Assembly (NCBI GenBank): GCA_038852315.1
Contig: JAWCKF010000006.1
Span: 10,568 to 74,567, forward strand
Source of the DNA: Thermoplasmata archaeon
Lineage (GTDB): Archaea; Thermoplasmatota; Thermoplasmata; UBA10834
Direction of reading: 5' to 3'
Length of the DNA stretch: 64,000 bases
The notes under the pieces were generated by a model. That model saw nothing but the letters and a program-made list of their open reading frames with translations. It made no database searches and was not told the DNA's origin. Position 1 is the first letter of the stretch. Each line of letters starts with the position of its first letter. The position numbers and the translations under genes were made by a program. This document shows positions 35,258-44,666 of this stretch, piece after piece.

Positions 35258-36301
35258 ATGCTCGACAAGCTCCTCAGGGACGCTCTCGAGGGCGCGGACG
35301 ACTTCGAGGCCCATCTGTCGCCCAGGATATGCATGGTCGGCTGTGGCGGCGGCGGCTCGAACAGCGTCCACAGGCTAAGGCGGACGGGTCTTCAGGGCGT
35401 GGACACGATCGCCGTCAACACTGACAGATTCCACCTCAGCGGGATATCGGCGGACAAGCACCTGCTCATAGGCGAGCACGTCACGGGCGGGTACGGCGCT
35501 GGCGGCGATCCGTTCCTGGCTGAGAAGCTCGCCCTCGCCGACGCGGACCGCATAGACGCGCTCGTGCGGGACTACGACATAGTCTTCATCACAGCCGGCA
35601 TGGGCGGAGGCACCGGGACAGGGACAGCGCCGGTCGTCGCCGAGCTCGCGCGGAGGCATGGCGCGATAGTCGTCGCGCTGGTCACACTGCCATTCGACAT
35701 CGAGAAGGGAAGGTTGAGAACGGCTCTCTCAGGCATCGCGAAACTGAAAGAGCGGGCACACAGCACCATAATACTCGACAACAACAGATTGCTCGAGATA
35801 GTGCCAAAGCTGCCCGTGGAACAGGCGTTCATGGTGATGGACCAGCTAATCGCTGAGGTGATCACCGGCGTCACTGATACGATCTGCCAAACGAGCATGA
35901 TCAACCTTGACTTCGCGGACTTCAGGAACATGATGCTGCACGGTGGCGCATCGACCGTACTGTACGGTGAAAGCGAAGATCCGGAAGAGGTGGTGCGAGA
36001 GGCCCTCAACAACCCCTTGCTCGATGTCGATCTTGAGGGAGCGAACGGCGCCCTGATACACATCACGGGCGGCCCCTCCCTCTCCCTCAGGAGGGCCTAC
36101 CAGGTATTCAACGGCGTGACGAGCAGGCTGAGCGAGCACGCGAACGTGAAGCTCGGTGCCAGGCTTGACGATTCCTTCGGGGAGAACATCAAGCTCATAG
36201 GGATCGTCACGGGCATACCGTCGTTCGACGGCCCGAGGCGCGTTGACGGAGTCGAAGACATGGGCGGCTCCGTCGCCTGCGGCCTTGACGTCTTAGGCTG
36301 A
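35258..36301 (+). CDS. ftsZ2: Divergent FtsZ paralog (FtsZ2-like)
   Basis: Motifs [33 protein letters not shown] and NLDFADF are present. GGAGG lies ahead of the ATG. Confidence 0.88.
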   Translation: MLDKLLRDALEGADDFEAHLSPRICMVGCGGGGSNSVHRLRRTGLQGVDTIAVNTDRFHLSGISADKHLLIGEHVTGGYGAGGDPFLAEKLALADADRIDALVRDYDIVFITAGMGGGTGTGTAPVVAELARRHGAIVVALVTLPFDIEKGRLRTALSGIAKLKERAHSTIILDNNRLLEIVPKLPVEQAFMVMDQLIAEVITGVTDTICQTSMINLDFADFRNMMLHGGASTVLYGESEDPEEVVREALNNPLLDVDLEGANGALIHITGGPSLSLRRAYQVFNGVTSRLSEHANVKLGARLDDSFGENIKLIGIVTGIPSFDGPRRVDGVEDMGGSVACGLDVLG

Positions 36302-36352
36302 CCGAATTCCTCCCCCCACAACGGTGCTGGCCACCGTAACTTGGGCCAGCAC

Positions 36353-37084
36353 CTACACTTTCTTATCGTTTGCCCTTGGCAGCCTTCCGCCGGAGGCTCT
36401 CTCGACGGCCTTGTCAAGGACTCCCATGAGCGTGTGGAACTCCCATACAGACGGGACCGCCCGTGCCATCAGCCGCCTGAACATCACCTTGGTCTTGTCC
36501 TTCTTGTGCTCTGGATATCCGATCACGTCCAGTAGCATGGCGAAGTACTCGAACAACTTCTCCTTCTCCACGTCCCCGGCGGGCCGCGGCTGCTTCTTCT
36601 CGAACCCGGCCAAGAAGAGTTCGTAGAAGACGATCGCCGCCGCGTGGCTGACGTTCAGTACCGAGTAGCTGGGGCTCGCCGGTATCGTGATCAGGAAGTC
36701 GCTTCTCTTGATGGTCTCGGTGTCAAGTCCGAAGTCCTCCCGGCCGAACAGCAGCGCGATCGTGCCGTCATAGGTCCTGATTTTCTCCGCGAAGGCGCGA
36801 GGCGTCATGGAGATCCTGGGGAAGTTCTTCTCGCTGGGCGTGTCTATCCCAGATGTCGCCGCTATAAGATCAGCTCCTTTCAGTGCCTCCTCCTCCGTGA
36901 AGACCGTCCTGGCGCTGTTCAGTATCTTGAGGCCGTGCATCGCCCTCCTGGTCGCCTCCTCCCCTATCGCGCACGGCCTCACTAGGACGAGCTCCTCGAG
37001 CCCGAAGTTCATCATGGCACGCGCGACCGCGCCGACATTGCCGTCGTTGAGGGGCTCCACCAGTACGACTCTGAAGTGCGGCAC
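36353..37084 (-). CDS. trmJ: SpoU/TrmJ-type RNA 2'-O-methyltransferase
   Basis: Motifs VVLVEPLNDGNVGAVARAM, LLFGREDFGL, IPASPSYSVLNVSHAAAIVFYE are present. Confidence 0.82.
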   Translation of the reverse strand: MPHFRVVLVEPLNDGNVGAVARAMMNFGLEELVLVRPCAIGEEATRRAMHGLKILNSARTVFTEEEALKGADLIAATSGIDTPSEKNFPRISMTPRAFAEKIRTYDGTIALLFGREDFGLDTETIKRSDFLITIPASPSYSVLNVSHAAAIVFYELFLAGFEKKQPRPAGDVEKEKLFEYFAMLLDVIGYPEHKKDKTKVMFRRLMARAVPSVWEFHTLMGVLDKAVERASGGRLPRANDKKV

Positions 37085-37136
37085 GCTGATGGCAGCGGCG
37101 ACCTAGCTATTTAACCCTGTAGCAGATAACCCGATC

Positions 37137-37964
37137 GTGAGAGGGCTGGACCGAGAGCCGAGGATTGCTGTGAAGTTCGCCTACGACGGCACGAGGTTCC
37201 ACGGCTTCCAGAGACAGCCGGACAGGCCGACGGTGGAGGGCGAGCTTGTCAGGGCGCTGACGGAGGTGGGCGCCATGAGATCGGCGAGGGAATGCGGCTA
37301 CAGGAGCTCCAGCAGGACAGACAGGGGCGTGTCGGCCCTTGGGAACGTGGTGTCCTTTCGCACCTCGTTCCCTCCAGAACAGCTCTGCTCGGCAATCAAC
37401 TCCGAGATGGAGGATGTTTGGGCATACTCAGCGGTGATCGTGCCCGATGACTTCAACCCCAGATTCGCCAAGCAGAGGTGGTACAGGTACCTGCTCCCCA
37501 GAAACGCGCGAGACCGCGCGCTACTGGAGGAAGCGCTCTCGCGCTTCGTCGGCGCGCACGACTTCTCAGACTATGCGCGCAGAGACGAGCGCAACCCCGT
37601 GAGGAAGATAGACTCCATAGCGGTCTCAGATCTGGACATCTTCTACGCGATAGACTTCAGGGCCGAGAGCTTCTTGTGGAACATGGTGAGGAGGATCGTA
37701 TGGGTCGCGGGTGAGTGCAGCGCCGGCAGGATGCCCCTCGAAGAGGTCGGTCCGGAGGCGACGAAGAAACCCGCGCGCATCGGGCTCGCACCGCCCGAGT
37801 TCCTCGTATTGATGGATGTGGATTGTGGCATCCAATTCCCCGTCGACCCGCGCGCAGCTGTTGGCATATCTCGCAGGCTCGAGATGCGAATAAGACGTGG
37901 CTCGGCGAGGCTCGCGTTCGAGGAGGCACTCGTGCGCACTCTCTCCAGTGGAACACGCCCGTAA
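37137..37964 (+). CDS. truA: tRNA pseudouridine synthase A
   Basis: Motifs YDGTRFHGFQRQP and SSRTDRGVSALGNVVSF (catalytic Asp) are present. It uses a GTG start. Confidence 0.88.
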   Translation: MRGLDREPRIAVKFAYDGTRFHGFQRQPDRPTVEGELVRALTEVGAMRSARECGYRSSSRTDRGVSALGNVVSFRTSFPPEQLCSAINSEMEDVWAYSAVIVPDDFNPRFAKQRWYRYLLPRNARDRALLEEALSRFVGAHDFSDYARRDERNPVRKIDSIAVSDLDIFYAIDFRAESFLWNMVRRIVWVAGECSAGRMPLEEVGPEATKKPARIGLAPPEFLVLMDVDCGIQFPVDPRAAVGISRRLEMRIRRGSARLAFEEALVRTLSSGTRP

Positions 37965-38000
37965 AGCTTGATATCTTCGCGAGCCCGATTGGTGTGGAGC

Positions 38001-38516
38001 ATGCGCGTCGCTGTCACAGGCACTCCAGGAGTCGGCAAGACGAGCGCCTGCGCCAAAGTCAGGAGCCTCCCTGTGTATCATGTGAATGATCTGGTCGAGA
38101 TGTTCGGGGTCGCCACAGGCTACGACAGGAAGCGCCGGACACGGGAGGTCGATGTCGCGAAGCTCGCCAAGAAGATCGCGAAGCTCGAGGGCGACATGAT
38201 ACTCGAGGGCCATTTCTCGCACATGCTCAACCCGGACATAGCCATAGTGCTCAGGTGCTCACCCTCGGTCCTCGAAGCGCGCCTGAGGAAGAAGGGTTGG
38301 CCGGAGAAGAAGATCCGGGAGAACGTCGAGGCGGAGGCCGTGGACGTGGTCCTGATAGAGGCTCTCGAGAACGTCCCCGAGGTGTTGGAGATCGACACGA
38401 CCAAGATGTCCGATGTCCAGGTGGCGCGCGCCATAGACAGCATCGTGAAGGGGGAAAGGCAGAAATATCGTGTTGGGCATGTTGACTGGAGCCAGGAGGT
38501 CTTGAGCTGGTTCTAG
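38001..38516 (+). CDS. Fap7/AK6-type putative adenylate kinase (ribosome biogenesis NTPase)
   Basis: The protein starts MRVAVTGTPGVGKTS (P-loop). Size and layout are typical of archaeal Fap7. The track start at 37968 is less likely. Confidence 0.8.
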   Translation: MRVAVTGTPGVGKTSACAKVRSLPVYHVNDLVEMFGVATGYDRKRRTREVDVAKLAKKIAKLEGDMILEGHFSHMLNPDIAIVLRCSPSVLEARLRKKGWPEKKIRENVEAEAVDVVLIEALENVPEVLEIDTTKMSDVQVARAIDSIVKGERQKYRVGHVDWSQEVLSWF

Positions 38517-38542
38517 ACAACTACCGAGGGCATGCAGACCGC

Positions 38543-39133
38543 GTGCTGATGCCCGTCGCCAAGGCTTTCAGCAAGGTCAACCCGAACTCGCTCTCGGCGC
38601 TGTCCCTTGTTCTCGCCGCGGCTGCGGGGCTTTGCTATGTGCTCGAGGGGCAGCCCTTCCTTCTCCTGGCGGCGCTTCTCGTCCTCGCGAGCGGCTTCTT
38701 CGATGCGCTCGACGGCAAGGTGGCGCGCATCTCGTCGAAGGCGTCCAAGCGAGGGGACTTCGTCGACCACGTGATAGACAGGTACGCCGACGTCATCATA
38801 CTCGCAGCCATAGCCGTCAGTTCCAGGTGCGAGATGTCCTTCGGCCTCTTTGCAGTCATCGGCGTCCTGTTGGCGAGCTATATGGGCACTCAGGCCCAAG
38901 CGCTCGGGCTCGGGAGGGAGTACAGGGGCATACTGGGCAGGGCGGACAGGATAGCTGTGCTGGTGGTCGTCTCTCTCGTGCAGTACTTCTTCGAGGCGGC
39001 AGGGAGTCCCTACGCCACCGACGTCCTAGGATACTCGCTCATAGCGTGGATGATGGTATACTTCGGTCTCGCGGGTAACGTCACCGCCGTCCAGCGGGCT
39101 TGGATGATCTGGAAGTCCCTTCCGAAGACTTGA
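38543..39133 (+). CDS. CDP-alcohol phosphatidyltransferase (archaeal phospholipid synthase)
   Basis: The signature is DALDGKVAR...GDFVDHVIDRYAD. The conserved N-terminal segment VLDNYRGHADRVL lies upstream of the first canonical start. A CTG at 38507 behind GGAGGT is a candidate start (see finding). Confidence 0.85.
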   Translation: MLMPVAKAFSKVNPNSLSALSLVLAAAAGLCYVLEGQPFLLLAALLVLASGFFDALDGKVARISSKASKRGDFVDHVIDRYADVIILAAIAVSSRCEMSFGLFAVIGVLLASYMGTQAQALGLGREYRGILGRADRIAVLVVVSLVQYFFEAAGSPYATDVLGYSLIAWMMVYFGLAGNVTAVQRAWMIWKSLPKT

Positions 39134-40136
39134 GTCGTCTGCCCTTCATGCGGTAGTAGCTCAGCGGGTGGTTCACGCGCTTGCACATGTCGTCCGGGTC
39201 GAAGCATATCCCGTAGCTCTTCATCGTGCTGCACTCGGGCGCGGTGTACTCGGTGCCCGACGACTCGCCCGTGATGTGCTTGATCTGGTACATCGCCTTG
39301 CCCTCGTCGAAGTCGGGCGCGGTAGAGAACACGCGGAGGATGTCCTCCGACTCCATCCCCAGCGCGTGCAGGAATGCCACAAGCGCAAACCTGCCCGAGT
39401 GGGGGACGTTCTCCCCCTGCTTCATCATGACGAGCAGCTTCCTCATGCACGGCGGGAACCTCGTGATCGTGAGCCTTCCGATGTCCTCGCTCTGGCGGTT
39501 CTTCCTCTCCTCTTCGAGCACCTCGCGTATCTCTGCGATCGCGTCTGAGAAGGCGTTGATTATCTCGTCGTTCACAGGCAAGGGCAGTTCTGACGAGATC
39601 TTCTCCGTGAGGAGCGACTCTATGAGTCGCGTGACTTTGTACTCCGGCAGCAGGACCCTCCCCTTCACCACCCTCTGGTTGATGAGCTTCCACTCCTTGC
39701 TCCTGAGCCAGGATGTGTACCTGAGGAAGTCTGTGAAATCCACAGCCAGTTGACCGTCCTCTCTTGAGAACTTGAGACCCAGCTCTTCGGATATGGATGC
39801 GAGCGTCGTCAGATCGACTTCCTTGAGGAACCTCCGGGCACGCTTCGCCTCCGCGATGGCGTACCTCTTCACGAAAGCTGGGTCGGAAACTGCCGACACT
39901 ATCATGCGCGCCACGGGATAGCTCAGGAGTTCGTTGGTTGCGTCCGTCTCCTTCGCCATCGGTCTGTCCCGTATGACGTTTCCCTCGAGTACGTCCATCA
40001 CACGCTCCTTGCCCCTCAGCCTCGCCGCCTCGAAGGCCATTCCCGAGACGAGCTTCTCGAGCGTGATGCCCTGGTCCTTCAGGTATTCCACAGAAGCTTT
40101 CAGGAACGGGAACTTCGCGGCGAACCTGACGTCCAA
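39081..40136 (-). CDS. priL: DNA primase large subunit PriL
   Basis: Motifs RFPPCMRKLL, GENVPHSGRFALVAFLHALG and the Fe-S Cys set (YTAPECSTMKSYGICF...MCKRVNHPLSYY) are present. Its 3' end overlaps the convergent gene by 53 nt. Confidence 0.9.
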   Translation of the reverse strand: MDVRFAAKFPFLKASVEYLKDQGITLEKLVSGMAFEAARLRGKERVMDVLEGNVIRDRPMAKETDATNELLSYPVARMIVSAVSDPAFVKRYAIAEAKRARRFLKEVDLTTLASISEELGLKFSREDGQLAVDFTDFLRYTSWLRSKEWKLINQRVVKGRVLLPEYKVTRLIESLLTEKISSELPLPVNDEIINAFSDAIAEIREVLEEERKNRQSEDIGRLTITRFPPCMRKLLVMMKQGENVPHSGRFALVAFLHALGMESEDILRVFSTAPDFDEGKAMYQIKHITGESSGTEYTAPECSTMKSYGICFDPDDMCKRVNHPLSYYRMKGRRLKSSEGTSRSSKPAGRR

Positions 40137-40206
40137 GTCGATCCTCCAAGCGCCCTCGAATCAGGCCCTCGGTACTAGTAACTGTCTGCTACGCTAGAAC
40201 TACCTC

Positions 40207-41826
40207 TCAGCAGGTGAGGTGAAACTGCGCCGATTCGAGCGCCTTCGGTTCATCGATGAGGGCCCAGAGCCGCTCAGGGTTATCGAACGGTCTCCCCCGG
40301 ACGATGGCCGCGGCTCTCTTCCTGCCTATGCCTGGCACGGCTGACAGCATCGAGAGCGTCGCCCTGTTGGCGTCCATCGGGTGCTCCACACCCGTCACGC
40401 TCCTGTAACCTCGTCCGGTCACCGCCACATCTATTCTTCGTCCGATCCCGGTCGTGTAGGGGAGCGAGACCAGCAAGGGATAGGACCCCACCTGTCTCCC
40501 GTACGTCTTCCCGCCCTCGTTGAGCTCAGTGTATACACCTCTGAGCACAGTGCGGTCGGGCACGAGCCTCTCCAGCATCGGACAGTCTATCTCCTGCCTC
40601 ACCCTGCGTCTGAACTCCATGAAGGCGCGTCTGCTGACCACGCCCGGGAAGTCCTCCCTTGTCGGTATGACCTGGCGTATGTTGATCCTCCTGAGCAGGA
40701 GTCCTTCCCGGAGAACGGTCCTCAGGAACTCGAGGTTGAGTCTGTAGGTTTCTTCACTTTCGCCTTTGAGGCCGCACACGAAGTTGATACCTGGTAGGAC
40801 GCGTGGAAGACCTGTGGGGCCTCGCTCGTGTCCTATCTCGTTCACGATCCTGACGGCCGCCAAGGTCTGCTCCGAGGTGGTGTTGAGGTTGTTCGCCTTC
40901 GCGACCCTTGGATCGGCGGATTCGAGGCCGAACGCTAGCACGTTTCCGCTCGTGCACTGCTCCGCTATCGCCTTCGTGATGATCCTCGCCTCGGCCGGGT
41001 GTTCGGCGATGACCGCAGGGTTCGCGTTGTCCAGGTGGAAGACCTCTGGCTGGACGGCGCGCCTGATGCCCTCCAGCAGGCCCGTGACCGCGGCCGTGTT
41101 CGGCCTTGGGACCTCGCTCCGCCCAGTGTCTTCGGACATGTAACAGAAGACGCAGGACTGAGCGCCCAGCCTCAGGTTCCTGACGCCTGCTGCTGAGAGC
41201 GCCTCCGCCTCGCGGATCAAGCTGTCGGGGGTCCTGAACGCGACCTCTCCCTGTAGTGGCTCTATGCAGAAGCTGCACCCGCCCGAGATGTACCGTACAC
41301 ATCCCCTGTACATCTGCATCTCGGCTATCAGCGGACCTCCGTGGTCAGGGTGCATCTTGCAGCACTCAGCTCCGCGGACAAGCCATCGGTCCCACTCCTC
41401 GGCCGTCCTGCGCCTCTCCGCAATTCCGCCGCCAGAGATCAGGTCGAACAGCGCGGCGTCGAAGTCCTCTCCTACGACATGATCGAACGCCTCTCTGAGC
41501 TGAGGGGGCGCTCTCCCTGTCCCCAGCCCAAGGCTCACCATGCTCGTGCCGCGGAACGAAGACGCGATGGCGGCGAGCTCTCTATCGCTAGCAGGCATCC
41601 CTCTGAGGTACTTGCCTGGCACGGCTATGCGGCGTATCACTGCCAGCAGCCTGTAGACCGCCAGGTCCACATGGCCCGCCCTCCACTGGTCTATGGTGGC
41701 GTAGGAGACTTCCGCTCCCGCTTCTTTCAACGCCCCAAAGGCCAGACGGGGATAGGGAGCGATGTATGGAGGCACGCCCAGGCACGCGGGCTCGTCGGTG
41801 TAGCCGTCCAGCACGAGCGCCTTCAT
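40207..41826 (-). CDS. Radical SAM protein (archaeal COG1031-like, C-terminal HhH)
   Basis: 539 aa. It has the cluster motif GGCSFCIEP, the N-terminal LVLDGYTDEPACLGVPPYI and a C-terminal LSAVPGIGRKRAAAIV (HhH). Confidence 0.8.
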   Translation of the reverse strand: MKALVLDGYTDEPACLGVPPYIAPYPRLAFGALKEAGAEVSYATIDQWRAGHVDLAVYRLLAVIRRIAVPGKYLRGMPASDRELAAIASSFRGTSMVSLGLGTGRAPPQLREAFDHVVGEDFDAALFDLISGGGIAERRRTAEEWDRWLVRGAECCKMHPDHGGPLIAEMQMYRGCVRYISGGCSFCIEPLQGEVAFRTPDSLIREAEALSAAGVRNLRLGAQSCVFCYMSEDTGRSEVPRPNTAAVTGLLEGIRRAVQPEVFHLDNANPAVIAEHPAEARIITKAIAEQCTSGNVLAFGLESADPRVAKANNLNTTSEQTLAAVRIVNEIGHERGPTGLPRVLPGINFVCGLKGESEETYRLNLEFLRTVLREGLLLRRINIRQVIPTREDFPGVVSRRAFMEFRRRVRQEIDCPMLERLVPDRTVLRGVYTELNEGGKTYGRQVGSYPLLVSLPYTTGIGRRIDVAVTGRGYRSVTGVEHPMDANRATLSMLSAVPGIGRKRAAAIVRGRPFDNPERLWALIDEPKALESAQFHLTC

Positions 41827-41897
41827 CCGCGAGCTAATCGCCTTCTCCTGAATATATGCATGAAGGATTCGTAAGCGTCATGCGTAGGCGTCGGCGG

Positions 41898-42854
41898 CTA
41901 GGTCCTACCCTTGACGGCTATGGTGCCGACGTATGTTCCCGTAGACGCCACATGCCACGGGTTGAGCGCTACCACGTATCCATCTTGGGGCATTAGGACT
42001 TCCTCAACTATGTCGCCCCAAACGTCTCTTACCTTTGCAAGCCTGAATCCCTCTCTCGCCCTGGTCCCAGGCTCAACCAGATACTCCATCAGACCACCCT
42101 TGTCACTCCAGACGTCCCTGCGCCTGTATCCCTTCTGCCGCAGCACGAAGCACGATCGGACCGGCTTCGGACGCTCATCGACCATGCCCATGTGAGCCAG
42201 TATGTTTGTCAGGGCGATGTAGCCTGCGTCGACGGTGCCCCAGTCTATTCCTTTAGAGCCGCCAAGCTCGATGGTGATCGAGGGGATACCCTTCTTGATG
42301 GCGGCACCTCCCAGGCTGGCGCCAAGGTTTTCCAGGGCGTAATCCTCCGCCTCCAACTCCTCGAGGACGGTTATCCCAGTCGCCTCCGCGAGCTCGAATG
42401 TCCTCCTCCGGAGCTCACCCTCGACAGGGTCTACGAGGACGAACGGGACGGCCCATCCGTTAGTGTGGAGGTCCACGATGGCGTCGTGCCTGCTCGCGAC
42501 CTCCCATATCTTCGCTGTCATGCGCTCTGGCAGGTATCCGTCCACCTTGCCTGGATAAAGCCTGTTGAGGTCTACGCCTGCCTCTGGCATGCCCCTGATG
42601 TCGTAGTTGAGCCCCTCAGGGTTCATGGCGGGCATTATGGTCACCGACCCGCGCAGAACCCTGCCCTTCAGGTACTCGTGCAGCTTCCACAGGCTGGCCG
42701 GACCCGTGAGCTCGTCCCCGTGGATGCCTGCGCCAATGAACAATGACGGGCCGTCCGAACCCTCGTACTGGATGACAGGCAGCTTGACCAGGCTACCGTC
42801 AGCCCGGCCGCCAATACATATCTCCTTCCTTGATGCTCTTGCCTTGCGGGACAT
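41898..42854 (-). CDS. Succinylglutamate desuccinylase/aspartoacylase family zinc hydrolase (M14-like)
   Basis: Motifs GAGIHGDELTG, MPAMNPEGL, DLNRLYPG and VDLHT are present. Confidence 0.78.
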   Translation of the reverse strand: MSRKARASRKEICIGGRADGSLVKLPVIQYEGSDGPSLFIGAGIHGDELTGPASLWKLHEYLKGRVLRGSVTIMPAMNPEGLNYDIRGMPEAGVDLNRLYPGKVDGYLPERMTAKIWEVASRHDAIVDLHTNGWAVPFVLVDPVEGELRRRTFELAEATGITVLEELEAEDYALENLGASLGGAAIKKGIPSITIELGGSKGIDWGTVDAGYIALTNILAHMGMVDERPKPVRSCFVLRQKGYRRRDVWSDKGGLMEYLVEPGTRAREGFRLAKVRDVWGDIVEEVLMPQDGYVVALNPWHVASTGTYVGTIAVKGRT

Positions 42855-43167
42855 GATATGACCGCGCCCGGAATCGCGCTCACGCTTAATTACAATGGCA
42901 CTTAACTACGATTGTCACAACTCGACATCGGAACGGCTCTCCGGTGTTAGTATCCGTAGTCGGTGGCAGCGGAGAGTTTCGATGATGCCCCAAGTCGAAA
43001 CCCCGTCAAATCCAGAGGCCCTAGCCTGGTACGAGGGCAATCTATTAATCGGCGAATTCAATGCTGTACTTTGCAGCTTGAGTGACAAAATCCGGCTCGA
43101 GTTGTCCGATGTGCCAAATCGTGTCAACGAGTTTCGACAGTGTGCGAGAGATGAGGGGTAGATTCGA

Positions 43168-44619
43168 ATGGCGAAGAAGTCAAGGTCTGCGAAGAAGCGG
43201 ACCGTCAAGAGGGTTGTGAGGAAGCCAGCGAAGAGAGTCCGTGTCGGGAAGCCTAAGCCCGCGGCGAGGCCTTTCGAGAAGGTCTCCGTAGACGAGCTCC
43301 TGAAGAAGGCCTACGAGCCTGCGAGGCTCGCGATGATATATCACCCGTTCTACGAGGGGAAGATCGAGGTCGTCCCGAAGTGCGCCATATGGGACTTCAA
43401 CGCGTTCGCCATCTGGTACACGCCAGGCGTCGCAGAGCCCTGCAAGGCGATAAGCAAGGACAAGGACCTGTCTTACGTGCACACCAACAGATGGAACACC
43501 GTGGGCGTGATATCGGACGGCACGAGGGTCCTCGGCCTCGGCGACATCGGCCCTGAGGCTGGCCTGCCCGTCATGGAGGGCAAGTCCCTGCTGTTCAAGT
43601 ATCTGGGAGGCGTGGACGCGTTCCCGCTGTGCCTCGGCACCAAGGACCCAGACAAGATCATAGAAACGGTCAAGATACTCGCGCCGTCGCTCGGCGGCGT
43701 GAACCTCGAGGACATCTCGCAGCCCAAGTGCTTCTACGTCCTGGAGCGTCTGAGGGCCGAGTGTGAGATCCCCGTCTGGCACGACGACCAGCAGGGCACG
43801 GGAACGATAGTGGCAGCAGGCGCGGTGAACGCTGCGAAGGTCGTCGGCAAGAAGCCGGCAGAGATGAAGGCCGCGTTCATTGGCGCGGGAGCGGCGAACA
43901 TCGCCATCTCGAGGATAATGAACCTCGCGGGCTTCAAATGGGAGAACATGGTCATGTGCGACTCCAAGGGAACGCTCCACATGGGCCGCGCCGACGAGGT
44001 GAGGCAGGAATACAAGGAGAAGCTCTTCATGTGCGAGCACTCGAACAAAGAGGGCATCGTCGGGGGACCGGCGGAGGCGATGAAGGGCGCGGACATAGTC
44101 GTGGCGGCGTCGAAGCCAGGGCCCGGGACCATCAAACCTGAGTGGATCAAGGGCATGGCCGACAACGCGATCGTCTTCGCGACCGCGAACCCCATACCAG
44201 AGATATGGCCCTGGGAGGCGCTCGAGGCGGGCGCTAAGGTCGTGGCGACCGGCAGGTCCGACTTCCCGAACCAGGTCAACAACTCGCTCGGGTTCCCAGG
44301 GATATTCAGGGGGACCCTCGACGCGAAGGCCAGGACCATCTCCGACACGATGTGTCTTGCGGCAGTGATGGAGCTCGCCAGGACTGCTGAGGACAACGGC
44401 CTGAGCGAGAACTACATCGTGCCTACCATGGACGAGTGGGAGGTCTTCCCCAGGGAGGCCGCGGCTGTCGCAACGGCGGCCGTCAACGAGGGTCTCGCGC
44501 GCGTGAAGCTCAGCTACAAGGAGTTCTACGAGAAGGCTGAGGAGATCATCAAGCGCGCGAGGAACGAGACTAAGACGCTGATGAGGACCGGGTTCATCAG
44601 GCCGAGGCCTAAGGCGTAG
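43168..44619 (+). CDS. NAD(P)-dependent malic enzyme with Lys/Arg-rich N-terminal extension
   Basis: Motifs YTPGVAEPC, VISDGTRVLGLGDIGPEAGLPVMEGK and FIGAGAANIA are present. The first ~38 aa are MAKKSRSAKKRTVKRVVRKPAKRVRVGKPKPAARPFEK. Confidence 0.9.
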   Translation: MAKKSRSAKKRTVKRVVRKPAKRVRVGKPKPAARPFEKVSVDELLKKAYEPARLAMIYHPFYEGKIEVVPKCAIWDFNAFAIWYTPGVAEPCKAISKDKDLSYVHTNRWNTVGVISDGTRVLGLGDIGPEAGLPVMEGKSLLFKYLGGVDAFPLCLGTKDPDKIIETVKILAPSLGGVNLEDISQPKCFYVLERLRAECEIPVWHDDQQGTGTIVAAGAVNAAKVVGKKPAEMKAAFIGAGAANIAISRIMNLAGFKWENMVMCDSKGTLHMGRADEVRQEYKEKLFMCEHSNKEGIVGGPAEAMKGADIVVAASKPGPGTIKPEWIKGMADNAIVFATANPIPEIWPWEALEAGAKVVATGRSDFPNQVNNSLGFPGIFRGTLDAKARTISDTMCLAAVMELARTAEDNGLSENYIVPTMDEWEVFPREAAAVATAAVNEGLARVKLSYKEFYEKAEEIIKRARNETKTLMRTGFIRPRPKA

Positions 44620-44666
44620 GCCCGCCGGGGCCGCTCGGCCCGGAAAAAGCCATTTCCTCCTCGTTG

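Noticed and set aside
39010-40149. 379-aa minus-strand ORF overlapping priL in another frame
   Set aside because: The PriL frame (39081..40136) carries the Fe-S Cys motifs and the FPPCM motif. The alternative frame is Arg/Gly/His/Glu-rich low complexity.
42855-43167. Lower-GC 313-nt spacer: possible C/D-box sRNA, other ncRNA, or the 88-aa ORF 42895..43161
   Set aside because: It has a 7-bp inverted repeat (GTTTCGA...TCGAAAC) and a GATGATG string. There is no proper C (RUGAUGA)/D (CUGA) box pairing or terminal stem. The ORF has poor codon bias at its 5' half. The evidence is insufficient either way.
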